Shown piece after piece: positions 12,733 through 25,307 of a DNA stretch of 64,000 nt; within the stretch, counting starts at the first letter, position 1; every line of letters starts with the position of its first letter. This DNA comes from Octopus bimaculoides (Eukaryota). The stretch covers positions 39,182,288 to 39,246,287 of the forward strand of contig NC_068986.1 of assembly GCF_001194135.2 (NCBI RefSeq). The letters run 5' to 3'. A model generated the notes under the pieces. The model did not search any database and had not been told where the DNA came from. It saw only the letters and a list, made by a program, of their open reading frames with translations. The translations under genes and the position numbers were made by a program.

Positions 12733-13129
12733 TGCTTAAGGATGGAAAGGGAATCTCTGTGGGATACAGCTGTTGGGAGGAATGATTGGTAAAAGTGTTT
12801 AGTGTTGAGGATTGGAAAGTAATACTCAGTAGGTGAGTGGAGTTGAGTACTCAGTTGGGTGGAGGTGGATATGCAGTAAATTAGTTCTAAGATTGTACAT
12901 CACTGCAGTTGTGAAAAAAGAGGTAGAGAAGAAACAGTGCATTTGTGTTGATGAAGAACACAAAAAATTTACAAATAATCAATAGAGTAAAAATACTGTT
13001 TGTTGTTACCACAACAAGCTACCAATCATAAAAATGAGCCAATAGGGAACACCTGTGTGGTCACTCAACCTGCTAGAAATAGCATCAAAATTTCCCTCAA
13101 ATTATATCCTATCATCTGGGAGAATGGGA

Positions 13130-13590
13130 AGTACATTAGCGTTTTTGTTCTTGTTTGTTTTTCATTGTCAAAGATGACCAAAACTCAGGATAGGCTTGTT
13201 TGTCTTGGGTGTAACTGATGAGCCATGTCCAGGTTAAGAATCCTCACTCACACTTTGGACCAGTAATAGCAAAGTGAAGCACTTGGGGTAGTTATAGCTC
13301 TAACTTTGTGGAGTGAACACTTCTCAGAAGCAACAGTTCTTGCATTTTCAGCTGTTTGGGCACTAATGTGAATTAGACTGTATCAGATGCGTCAACTTTG
13401 GGCAAGCTGCTTCCAATAGTCAACTACAGCGGTAAGGTTTTTTCAAGATGCTTTCAGGTAGACCTTGAACCATGTCTTTTGCCGGACCCAATGATATAGT
13501 TTCCCCCACAGAATTTGCAATTGAAAAGTTGCTTTGGGATGAGGTGTTCTGGCATATCATTGATAAGTGATAGGTGTATTACTGTTGTAG
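13130..13590 (-). mobile_element. Highly decayed BovB/RTE-1-like LINE C-terminus
   Basis: Minus-strand MPEHLIPKQLF..., FKVYLKAS, WKQLAQS*R...ENARTVASEK, and a C2H2-like remnant PKCE.GF...LISY. Confidence 0.6.
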
Positions 13591-14304
13591 GGAATTAGTA
13601 ATAATGGTACACCCCTTCCATATGACAAGTGGAACGAGGCAGTCACTATAAGTAAGGTGACGTCAACCAGTATCAAAAGAGTATGTAGAGTATGAGAGTG
13701 TATGTTACTATTCTATTTCAAAATAACAACTGCACCTCTATGTTGATAACGAAATATTGTTGTGATGAAAAATTCTGCCAATATCTTTACATTTATTTGA
13801 CTAAGTTAAACTAACAATCTGTTAGAAAGTATGAATGACTCAACATGAGACTGGTTAAAAGATTCCCCAGTTGTGTTTATAGAAAATATTTATAACAGAA
13901 GTGATGCATCCCAAACAAAACAACAATCAAGTACACACACTCATATTCTTTTGAATGTGGACAAAAACCTATGCATATACATATTATACATCCACATAAA
14001 ATTCATATATATATAAACACGAGCATCCTGTAGCTCTGTTACATTTTATCTCATATACATGCATGTTTTAAGTACAAAGTAATCAAATAAAACATAAGTA
14101 CAAGAAGCTAAGTTTGACTTAACTAATTCATTTCCCTCTACTATGTCTACCATAAACAATTATACAAACATCCTGATGCCCTCAGCAATTTACATTCTCT
14201 TAAGAAATATATTTTCTTGATTCCTATTCTAAAGATTCCCAAAACAGAAGCATTGATTCCAATAGAATTCCTTCCAGCTAAGTACATTGTAATTTCACTG
14301 GTAG

Positions 14305-14344
<40 letters not shown>

Positions 14345-14890
14345 NNNNNNNNNNNNNNNNNNNNNNNNNNNNNNNNNNNNNNNNNNNNNNNNNNNNNNNN
14401 NNNNNNNNNNNNNNNNNNNNNNNNNNNNNNNNNNNNNNNNNNNNNNNNNNNNNNNNNNNNNNNNNNNNNNNNNNNNNNNNNNNNNNNNNNNNNNNNNNNN
14501 NNNNNNNNNNNNNNNNNNNNNNNNNNNNNNNNNNNNNNNNNNNNNNNNNNNNNNNNNNNNNNNNNNNNNNNNNNNNNNNNNNNNNNNNNNNNNNNNNNNN
14601 NNNNNNNNNNNNNNNNNNNNNNNNNNNNNNNNNNNNNNNNNNNNNNNNNNNNNNNNNNNNNNNNNNNNNNNNNNNNNNNNNNNNNNNNNNNNNNNNNNNN
14701 NNNNNNNNNNNNNNNNNNNNNNNNNNNNNNNNNNNNNNNNNNNNNNNNNNNNNNNNNNNNNNNNNNNNNNNNNNNNNNNNNNNNNNNNNNNNNNNNNNNN
14801 NNNNNNNNNNNNNNNNNNNNNNNNNNNNNNNNNNNNNNNNNNNNNNNNNNNNNNNNNNNNNNNNNNNNNNNNNNNNNNNNNNNNNNNNNN
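14345..14890. other. Assembly gap (others: 19787-20392, 26652-26767, 56583-56688, 58225-58802, 62540-63056)
   Basis: N runs, most of them abutting microsatellites or tandem repeats. Confidence 1.
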
Positions 14891-15326
14891 GAATTTTTTT
14901 AGAGACACTTTCAAATTTATCAGAATATCGGACTGAGGATTGGAATAGGGATTTTTCATTCTCTTAACCATGAAACGATCGTATCCGGTTAACTAAAGAC
15001 TTGTTTTGTTTATGCTTTCCCCTCCGGTTTTTTGTTCTATGTGTGCCATAAATATCGCCATCCATTTAGAGAAAAATTTGTAGTTTAGAATCAGTAGTTC
15101 TTTGACTGCTATTTCTAAATTTTCAGTATGTTGGAGAAGCAACTCAATGTTAATCCCTGTATATTTATGATGATAAATGTTTTTACCGATAAAGGTTTTT
15201 TCATACTGAACTACTTGGCAAAATTGTTAATTATTAATTCTATTATTAATTGACGATTCCCTGCCCTTATTCTTGTATATTTGTATTTCACTTCAGCTTT
15301 ATTATTGTTCTTATTTTATGTCCTTT

Positions 15327-15370
15327 GTCTGGAAATCTTTCATTACACATCCTGGGACCTCTTCAGCAAC
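15327..15370 (-). ncRNA. Decayed hammerhead motif (left pLTR)
   Basis: CTGAAGA-G-GTCCCA-GGATG-TGTAAT-GAAA-GATTTC-CAGAC. Core boxes intact, stem II mismatched. Confidence 0.5.
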
Positions 15371-16173
15371 TCTCCATCCCACATGTCTTCTCCTGTTCTG
15401 TTTAGTCTATACTGTCTGTCAATGGTGTGTATCCTTATCTGTGCATGCAAATGCATCTCTATGTGCGTGTGATTGTGTGTGTGTGTGTGTGTATACACAT
15501 CTCTATGTGTTTTGTGTGTGTGTATATGGGTTTGCTTACTATACTGTTTGTATCCATGCCCTTATTTATCTGTCTATTTTTTTCCTCATGTTATCTTAAG
15601 TATGTGTATGTGTGTCTTTTGTGTGTGTGTTTATGGGTTTATGTATTATACTGTTTTTCTCCCATTGTGTCTTGCGTCATCATGTTGTGTAGTATGGTGG
15701 GGGGTGTTATTGTTCCATTTGTGCTTTCTGCTGAGGCTTGGTCTGTCTATTATTATGTGTGTGACCTTTGCAATCTAAGTGTCATGTCTGTTCTATGCAT
15801 TGATAATACTTTAACACCTGTGTTATTAATTGAGCCTCTATGTTCTGATTGAGCATGTTGGTAGAGCACTAACGAGCTTTTCTCCTCTTTGAGTTCCCAC
15901 CATTGTTCACCTATCTGCTCTCTTATGCTACATGCTGTCTTCCCAATGTAAGTTGTTGTCTTGTTTCTGCACTGTCCCTCAGTATCTCTCAGCTGTCATG
16001 GATACAAACAACATAGTAAGCAAATCCATACACACACACACACACACAAACACAGAGATGTATGCATACACACACACACACACACAGATGCAAATGCATG
16101 CGCAGATAAGGATACACATCATAGAAAGACAGAATGGACTAAACAACAGGAGGAGACGTGGGATGGAGGGTCA

Positions 16174-16218
16174 CTGAAGAAGTCACAGGATGTGTGATGT
16201 GATGAAAGATTTCCAGAC
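16174..16218 (+). ncRNA. Minimal hammerhead-ribozyme motif (right pLTR)
   Basis: CTGAAGA-A-GTCAC...GTGAT-GAAA-GATTTC. Conserved core boxes, pairing stem II, self-complementary AGAUUU stem III, UUC cleavage triplet. Stem I is weak. Confidence 0.6.
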
Positions 16219-16595
16219 AATGCACATAAAATAAGAACAATAATAAACAAGTGATGAATGAATATATAGTGCGTGTGTTAATTTGGCAAGGAAAAAAAAA
16301 ATGACCATCCTGAAATATAACAATTTATCTATTTATATTTTAAAAATTTCTTTTCTTTTACTCACATTTCTTAACATAAATAACAGATACCCTAGTGTCT
16401 TCTGAGAAGGAACTACAAAATTAGTCTTGCAAAGATGCTAAATTTTAGTTTCTCCTAGGTGCCACCAACACTACAGGTTCATTTTCTTTAAAAGTAATCT
16501 CTTGTAGAAATGGTGCTCATATTTTATAACCAAGAAAACATTAGCCATTTTAACAGGTAGAAAAATTATAGAAAAGAAATATTTTTCTAAATGAC

Positions 16596-16626
<31 letters not shown>

Positions 16627-16773
16627 TTCAGAAATTTTCTTGTTAATTGCAGTAGGATATATTTTGGTAATTACAGTATTATTTTTGGTGAAGTAAGACA
16701 AATATGACCTAATTCTTCCAGGTCTAAACCTGGAAAACCATATTAAAAATTCCCAAGAAAATAAATAGAATAC

Positions 16774-16849
16774 CTCATAGACGTTTGAAATGTCCCGTCC
16801 TTTAGACAATTCCTTCAATGAAGTGAGGAAAACTCCAATTAAGTCATGA
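16774..16849 (-). CDS. CPNE8: Copine exon (76 nt): HDLIGVFLTSLKELSKGRDISNVYE
   Basis: ttctatag|TCATGAC...TATGAG|gtattc. HDLIG motif; lies within ORF 16471..16899. Confidence 0.96.
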
Positions 16850-19800
16850 CTATAGAAATAAAGAAATAAAATATGATAGCGCTTCAAAAGTAAAATCAAA
16901 TAAATAAATGAAAATCAAAATTTAATAAAAAAATTACACATTACTTTCATTTTGAAGAAATAATATTGATTTCAAAATCTTAGCATTAATATTGATTTCC
17001 AAAATGTTATTAATTTTCAGTATTTAAGTGCATTATTACGACTTCCTTTTAAATAAAGCACATATTAAATACTTCATCCAAATTTAACGAATGGATCCAT
17101 ATTTTAGCATTCTATTAACTAAAAATGTTTTCCAACTTCTGAATATATAAATAGGGCAATGTTAATTAAAAAAAAAAAATGGCTCAACAAACATAAATAT
17201 TTTTAATTCAGATATTTTCACATTACAAAGGATAAAAATGTAAACCAACTGTTTCAGGAAACAGATGTGTAAGATAATATTCATAAAATGTAGCAGAAAG
17301 TTTGATATTTAAATTTAGTACAAAACAGAAATGAAAGTGAATATTTTTAGATCAGAAGACTGAACACATAAAGAAAGTTTCTTGGTTTCAATTTTTGAAT
17401 AAAAATCTGGTTTTTAGACATTATAAGCACCAATATGAAATAGCACCATAATCATTTGAAAAGTAATAGATACATGGTTTGTGTCTCATCATTGATCTGG
17501 TTTCCTTTTCTCTCCTTCAAATTGGTGTTTATAATGTCTAATGTTGCTAAGAAGCTTGCTTCCTAACCATGTGGTCTAGAGTTCAGTCCCACTGTAGAGC
17601 ATCTTGGGTGAATGCTTTCTATTATAGTCCTGGGCCAGTCAAAGTCCTGTGAATGGGTTTGGTAGACAGGAACTGAAAGAACCCCATCATATATTTACAT
17701 GTGTGTATGCGTGTGTGTGTGCATACTTGTCCAGACATCATATGATGGTTGTAAATGAGAGTCATTGACATACAAGTGCGGGTGTTCATTTCCAGTGTTC
17801 CATGTAAAACACATCGGGCTTGGAAGCAGGTGAGGGTTAGTGACAGGAAGAGCATCTGGTTGAAGAAAATCTGCCTCAACAAATTTTGCTTGACCGATGC
17901 AAGCATGGAGAATTGAACTTTAAATGATGATAACTGAAAATCTTAACAAATAATTACTTAATGTATTTATTGCATTTCTGAATGTTATAAGAAACTTTTT
18001 TTTATTTACATTTAAATCAAACTTTCAATCAGTTCTTTTCAGCTTGAAAAAAATACATCTAAATATGTCACATATCAAGATGTTTCTATCAATTAATGCT
18101 ATATATGAAAGCATATTTAAGTTTAGGTCAGTCATGGACAAACTGTGACCCACAGAACTTTCTGAATGGCATGCCATTGAAAAATTACCTTGGATTTCTT
18201 TAGTAGTGCAGCTCATATGATGAAGAGCCATATCTCATATGGCTCGCTTCCAAGAAAGGTCATCCATGCATGGTTTGGGATATACTTGGTCTTCGTGAAG
18301 TTTTATATTAAAATTCTAAGTTCATGAGAGCATGTGCTGGCAATCAAGGATTGCAATTCAAAAACTATTTTTGTCTTCATTTTACCACACATAGTATAAT
18401 CAAATTAATGTGCTCTCATCTTGAATTGTTCTATAACTTTAAGGTGACCAGCAAATAAGCAGATAGATTGGATGGGTGGAACAAGATCATAGAGATTATA
18501 AAATGAAATGACAATCCTCCACCCTTTCACCAAACAAACTTTTCATGCTTCAGTCACCACACATAAACCTCAAATTACTTCACAGCATGTCCAAACATGT
18601 TTCAAACATTTACATAGGTTTCCCATTAGTCTTAAATATGCTTTATATGAAATAAAACATTTTTGTGTCAATTTTGCTGATGCAATCATTCTAATAAACA
18701 TATAAATGCAGTAAATATGTTTGGTGCCAAACATAAATGTTTTTGTTATGTTCCTATAAGCTACTACATTAGTTAATCCAAGAAAAGATCACTTATGTAG
18801 CTACTCCAACTGTTAGAAACATCAGCCAAAATCTCCATTAAATTTAAACATTTACTACCTTTTTTAAAAAAACAATTAATAGTATTATCTTGCATATGTT
18901 CAGCTCTGATCATGGCTGAAATACTTTGACTATGGGTTTAATGGATCAGGGATAAATTGGTGTGAGGGCTAAACAACAATATTAGCCTTTCAAATAATGC
19001 AACACTTATTAACTACAAAACAATAGTTCTTAAAGGGGTGCAGAATCAAAGTATGTCCTTTAACTCCAAATTGCAGTTGCTGTATACATATCTTGACAAA
19101 CAGGTATATTTTTACCAGCATAGAAAAAAAAAAATATTCTATGAAAATCTCAACTTTGATATTGCTTATAAAATTTTGTTAATTAATCAATTAATTTCTT
19201 CAAGATCAAGTCCTGTGATTACCTTTTGCATAATTATATAAATTCTGAATAATTTTAGCCAATCAAAAGCTACCATTATACACCTGACAGTAAATCTCAC
19301 ATCAGTGTCTGTTTTAAATGTGTGTGTAACAAGCAAAGTTGTAGCTTTCCCTGTTTTCATTGTAACAAGAATGCTGCACGTGTGAGGCTGAGACACTTTC
19401 ACTATCACAACCATCACCACAAGTTTTGATGAGAATCACATTGTGACAGATAACTATCATGCAGAAAAATGCTGGCCGATTCCTTGTTTACTGATTGGCT
19501 AAAAATGATCAAACTTTGAAACCTCTAGCATTTTTCTGAATTTTTTCTCTGGAGTAAATGAAATCCAAATTTGGATTTACTTTGAAAAATTACATCAATG
19601 TACCAAATTCGAAAATGTTCACTTAATTTTAAAATTTCCAAATCTGTGACAGCAGCCAAAAAGATGTGTGTGTGTGTGTGTGTGTATGTGCGTGTATGTA
19701 TGTATGTATGTATGTATGTATATATATATATATATGTTGTTGTACTTGGGGATGGTCATATTGCCAGTTTAGCCAATAAATATATANNNNNNNNNNNNNN

Positions 19801-20392
19801 NNNNNNNNNNNNNNNNNNNNNNNNNNNNNNNNNNNNNNNNNNNNNNNNNNNNNNNNNNNNNNNNNNNNNNNNNNNNNNNNNNNNNNNNNNNNNNNNNNNN
19901 NNNNNNNNNNNNNNNNNNNNNNNNNNNNNNNNNNNNNNNNNNNNNNNNNNNNNNNNNNNNNNNNNNNNNNNNNNNNNNNNNNNNNNNNNNNNNNNNNNNN
20001 NNNNNNNNNNNNNNNNNNNNNNNNNNNNNNNNNNNNNNNNNNNNNNNNNNNNNNNNNNNNNNNNNNNNNNNNNNNNNNNNNNNNNNNNNNNNNNNNNNNN
20101 NNNNNNNNNNNNNNNNNNNNNNNNNNNNNNNNNNNNNNNNNNNNNNNNNNNNNNNNNNNNNNNNNNNNNNNNNNNNNNNNNNNNNNNNNNNNNNNNNNNN
20201 NNNNNNNNNNNNNNNNNNNNNNNNNNNNNNNNNNNNNNNNNNNNNNNNNNNNNNNNNNNNNNNNNNNNNNNNNNNNNNNNNNNNNNNNNNNNNNNNNNNN
20301 NNNNNNNNNNNNNNNNNNNNNNNNNNNNNNNNNNNNNNNNNNNNNNNNNNNNNNNNNNNNNNNNNNNNNNNNNNNNNNNNNNNNNNNNNNNN

Positions 20393-20432
<40 letters not shown>

Positions 20433-20716
20433 TACATACACACATATGTACATCTGATGGGCTTTTGCACAGTCTCCATCAACCCAATTTCACTCATAAA
20501 GCTTTTGATGATCCATGGTAAAAAGGCATTCACTGAAGATGTATTTCTTGGGGATCAAACTTGGAACCACACAGATGACTGCTAAATAAATTTCTGAAAC
20601 CACATCATCATTAGAAAATTTTGGTAAAAGTATACAGATGGGAAATTATGAGATAATGACAGATTGAACCAATTTTTTGAACCACTTTTTAAGAATGGCT
20701 AAAGGAAACTACTCAC

Positions 20717-20758
20717 CCTCCATCTGCATCCCAGTCATAACATTCTACTTTGATAGGC
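20717..20758 (-). CDS. CPNE8: Copine exon (42 nt): PIKVECYDWDADG(G)
   Basis: ttttacag|GCCTATC...GATGGAGG|gtgagt. YDWD Ca2+-ligand loop of C2B. Confidence 0.96.
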
Positions 20759-21494
20759 CTGTAAAAAAAATAAAAAATAAAAAAAAATTAAGGATGGTTG
20801 AAGTGAAGGTTAATACTAAAAAATGTAAAGTAGACAATAACAATAACACCCCTACTCCTACCACCACAATCATCATGGTTCAGCAATACATTCAACCAGG
20901 GTGTATTAGAGGTAGTAGGGAGCTTCAACAGATGTATCAGTCTAAGGGCCAGGAGAACCAAGAAGGAGACCCATGAATATTTGATGGGTTCTTTCCTTAC
21001 AAGAAAAAAATCAAAAAATCACAGATCACAGTCTCTTCTTGAATTTTGAAAGTACACTTCAGAAGGTTTAATAGCAGCTTTGTTCTTCCTTGCGGATTTT
21101 CTCTTGGAGGCCCTCATTCTGCAGTAGTAGAACCCTACAAAAAGGCTTTAACATAGGAGAATTTACAGAAGAGTTTGATAAATTCAGTCATTGTGAGGAT
21201 TCCAATATTTCAAGCTTTTGCCTTTTGTCTGACAGTGAAGAAGATTTATTAGTTACATACTTCATTTCACACTAAATTTATCAAACTCTTCTCTGAACTC
21301 TGCTATTAATTAATTGTTGCCAATGTAACATCATTAGTTTTCTGATTTCACCCTTTCATTAAATACTGCTTAAAGCAATATTATTGCTTTCACCATCATC
21401 ATTTCACTATCTTTCTCATTGTCATCACTAATTTCTTCTGATTATTGTTGTCTTTGTTATTGGAGTAATTACAATTGTCTGAAAAATCCTTTAT

Positions 21495-21850
21495 GTGGTC
21501 ATTCAACTTGCTAGGAGGAGTAGACAAATCTCCCTCAAATTGTACTGTATTAACTTAAACAATAAAAAATACAAATAAAAGGACACATTAGGATAATTAG
21601 GATAAAGGGAGATTATCAATAAATAAAGACAATAAAAAGAATGGTTCTGGTTGGATCATATTTGACCAGAGGTCTACTATATCAGGGATGACCTGGGGTT
21701 AAACATTATCTTCAACCATATATTCATTATAGTGATAATGTAGTCCTAGATATGCTGTCTGGAATAAAGATGGGATGGTCATGGCTGGAAAGCCTTTGGT
21801 GATAAACTACCTCATTCAAAACTTAATGCTAAACAATAACAACCTCAACA
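21495..21850 (+). repeat. Abundant dispersed repeat ending ggggctaaacaacaac
   Basis: Shared blocks ctcaacctgctagaaatagc / gataatgtagtcctagata / gatgggatggtcatggctggaa recur at about 13050, 18790-18990, 27790, 28585-28850, 29800, 35700(-), 37180, 45600 and 57830/59100. Confidence 0.7.
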
Positions 21851-21894
21851 CGACATAGGTTGTAAGATGAACATATGAATAGAATCAAACATCA

Positions 21895-22442
21895 CTGACA
21901 TCACACACTAAATGCATGTGTTTTGTTTATGGACTTATTAGCTGCAGGATTGCATCAGGGAAAAAGTCCCTTTAAGACATGACACCAATTCTTAAAAAAC
22001 ACTGAATATCTCAAGCACTTGGCATCTTTTCCCCTGATGTTATCCCATAGCTAATAAGCACATACACAAAACACATACATTCAGTATGTGACATTAGTTT
22101 ATGTTATTAAAGCTGCTTTTAAGTCAAAATATGATTTTGTTTTACTCATGCAGCACTGTTGTACATCAGCACATTGGATCTACACTATTCATATATATTC
22201 CTCAGACCAGCAATTCAAATTCATTTCAAGGTGACTTGGGTATACGATGTTGAAGAGCTGAAATAACAGTGAAATATCAATGTCTATTGTTCTTGTTCAC
22301 CTATGGGGCAAGTTGTCTCACCTGGTTTGAGGTATTTAATATTTTTTAATACTCATCATCTTAAAGGGACTTTTTCCCTGGCACAATCGTGCAGCTAATA
22401 AGCACATAAACAAAACCCATATATTCAGTATATGACATCGAT
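21895..22442. repeat. Three-arm inverted/direct repeat cluster
   Basis: Arm 21898-21980 is inverted relative to both 22022-22095 and 22358-22440; a related arm lies at about 56040-56115. Confidence 0.75.
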
Positions 22443-23439
22443 AACACTGTGTAATATGATTTTTGTCCTTTCACTGGGTAGCAACTGTTATTTCCTATTT
22501 GCTCACCCCTAGAAAATGTGAAGAATGATGAATATTTCCTTCAAACTTTGCTTTTGTTACATTTATTCAAACCCCAAAGAATCCATCTCAACACATAGCT
22601 ATGAAGCTCCCCACTGCTCCTGCTCATGATCAGAGATGCACATATTGTTAGCCACTAAGGGACATGCTCAAGTGGTTAAGGTCAAGCAATTGACAAGCAA
22701 ATCAGTGGTACTGAGCAGAATATGTGCTATAACGATATTTCTGCTTCAGCAACTCAGCATTGAATCTGTCTGAAATGTAATGGAAAATAGGTCAGTTTCA
22801 AAACATTGATGTCCAGGTCACAAAAGCAAAGTTTGAAGGGAATAGTAGCCATTTCCTTTGATTTCTAGATAAAAGCAAAAAGAAAGAAAAAAAAATTGCT
22901 ACACAGTGTAATGCTTACATTATTAGAGCAGTTTATAATTCAAAATTGAATAGAATTAACTTTCTGTTCTAACAAATTCCTCTTATAATATTTCAGATGT
23001 TGTAACATTCAAAGCTGTTTTACATTTTGTCCAACACAGTTTATCTTAAAAAATGCAAGTTGATATTTTCATTTGTCCTCACTCAATGGTATGACAAATG
23101 CAATCAATTGCTTGACCTTTCATGATCAGAGACATGTTACAATGTTTGATCAACTGTATTGACCGTTTTATAGAAAATCATGAATCTATTCTTAACAGCT
23201 AGACAAACTGATGTAATGAAGACTGAAGTAGTCTGTTCAGAAAACAATGAAAGCTCAATAACTGTAGCAAATTTGAACTCATGATTCTTAAATAGAAAGT
23301 CATCTCATTTGTGCACAAATTTGTACATTATTTTAAAGAAAGGATTTATCAACTGAAAAAAAAGAAAATCTTTTCCCTCCATTTTCACCATCCACTATTC
23401 CTGGAAGAATTGTAGTAATGGAGTCCTCAAGTTTCTCCT

Positions 23440-23625
23440 CCATAGGTTCTTATCATTATTAAACTTTCCTACAATTTTTCTAAGCATGACCAATTGAGAC
23501 TATGGCTAATATCCAACCTTCTCATCTCAGGTCTACCCCTAGGTTCACTGACAGTTGGCTTGGCTTGAGGAATCTGTGTTGGGATCCTTTCCTGTGACAT
23601 TCTAATCAATATGCCTGTAGTAGGC
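23440..23625 (-). mobile_element. Decayed RTE (Expander-like) C-terminal fragment
   Basis: Minus-strand (Y.H)LIRMSQERIPTQIPQAKPTVSEPRGRPEMRRLD...LNWSCL. Confidence 0.6.
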
Positions 23626-24311
23626 CTGACCTTTTAATTTCTTTTACAGGGCTTAGAAAACTGAAGGACTACTGCAATAAGTATGAATATGAGAGGAGAA
23701 CATGTTGAATAAAATCATAATTAACTGATCCTGCTGTATTTTATTTTACCCAATACCAGGAACTTTTCAGCACCACCTTGTGTGTGTATGTGTTTACCTG
23801 CTAAGCCTAAAAAGTATTGTGGGAAGAAAGTAATATTAACTCCAATGAATATTATATAGAAACAGGATTTAGTATATTGCTGAGTGATAAATTTGTGGTT
23901 AATGGATATCAATGATTAAATCCTGCAATCAACATGCATCTTGAATAGTTTAATGATATGGAATGTTGATAAGGTGAGGTGGGACAGTTAATAAAGTCTA
24001 ATTCTAAGAGATTAAAATACCACTGGTTGCTATATGAAAGACAAAATAGAGACTGTCCCAATTTTCCCAAGTGGGAGTGATATTTCTTTGAGGATAGAAC
24101 TGAAGCATTTTATTGAAAGTGTTACAGCACTTTATAATTTGATTCAACTTTAATGTATTATAAATGACACAAGCCTAGGAGGGGCATGGGAAAAATCAAA
24201 AAAGACAAAAGGACATTGGTACAAATCCTTCTCTCTTGACTAACTTATATTTTAAAAAAATGAGCTGGGATCTTTCAGCTTTTAAAAAAATATTTAACAA
24301 ATATAATACTT

Positions 24312-24376
<65 letters not shown>

Positions 24377-24631
24377 ACTGGGGTCAATGTAATCAACTAG
24401 CCCTCCCCACTAAATTTCAGGCATCATACATATAATAAAAAGGGCTATTATTATTATTATTGTTATTGCCATTATTATTTATTATTCCACTGAGGTCAAC
24501 TTTGCCTTTCATCCTTGCGGGGTTGATAAATTAAGTACCAGTGAAACACTGGGGTCAATGTAATCAACTAGTCTCCTTCTTCAAAATTTCAGGCCTTGTA
24601 CTTTTTACTAGAAAAAATTATTGTTACTATT

Positions 24632-24969
24632 CAGTAGTTTTATTTTTATAACGTGCTTTCATTTCACTACCGAGCGCAGGTCTATGTGCCTTGGGTATGT
24701 GCTGTGGTTTGCTGTGATGCTCTTATGGTTACTGTATTGAAAGTGTTTTGCGTAGGATGTGTGCAGTGCCCAGTAGTGCAATTTTCTGTATGTTATATAT
24801 ATTTGTAAGTCCTGGTGTTTTTATTATGTATTTGTCTGAATATTTTTTTATTATACCTAAGGTGCCTACTATGATAGGAATTGTTTCTGTTTTTAGATAC
24901 CACATTCAAGTTACCTCTATTTCCAGGTCTTTGTATTTTGAAAGTTTCTCCATTCTTTTAGGGAAACGT
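24632..24969 (-). mobile_element. Second, 5'-truncated copy of the R4/Dong-like element
   Basis: Near-identical to 5727-6055; ATT-type repeats on both flanks. Confidence 0.85.
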
Positions 24970-25007
24970 TGTTGTTATCATTATTATTATTGTTATTATT
25001 ATTATTA

Positions 25008-25034
<27 letters not shown>

Positions 25035-25057
<23 letters not shown>

Positions 25058-25265
25058 CAAGCTGGCAGAATTGTTAGCAAGTCAGGCGAAATGCTTTTCA
25101 GCATTTCGTTGGTCTGTACATTTTGAGTTCAAATTCTGCTGAGGTTGACTTTGCCTTTCACCCTTTCAGAGTCAATAAATTAAGTACCAGTGAAACACTG
25201 GGGTTGAAGTAATCAACGAGTGCCCTCCCCCAAAATTTCAGGCCCTGTGCTTTAGTAGAAAAGAT
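25035..25265 (+). mobile_element. (ATT)n-embedded tRNA-derived SINE
   Basis: agctggcagaattgttagc (box A), gagttcaaattc (box B), core gaggt(c/t)gactttgcctttca(t/c)cctttc...taagtaccag. Other copies: 5522-5705(+), 6842-7060(+), 7480-7695(+), 24490-24620(+), 34262-34460(+), 36690-36860(+), 36870-37060(+), 40140-40345(-), 40710-40930(+), 46085-46275(+), 52985-53245(-), 63570-63755(-). Confidence 0.88.
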
Positions 25266-25273
25266 TATTATTA

Positions 25274-25307
<34 letters not shown>

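Larger units (their letters stand above)
15325..16220 (-). mobile_element. Penelope-like element remnant: GIY-YIG fragment between inverted pseudo-LTRs
   Basis: Inverted arms about 15325-15560 and 15995-16220. The minus-strand spacer encodes TYIGKTACSIREQIGEQ (Y at 15950) and LYQHAQSEH...VKVLSMHRTDMTLRL. Confidence 0.82.

Noticed and set aside
14147-14971. Long ORFs spanning gaps (also 19598-20533, 26578-26972, 56498-56929, 62372-63144)
   Set aside because: Artefacts of translating N runs and microsatellites.
21090-21275. Plus-strand ORF containing IGEFT, like copine HDFIGEFT
   Set aside because: Wrong strand, and the true exon is at 16774-16849.
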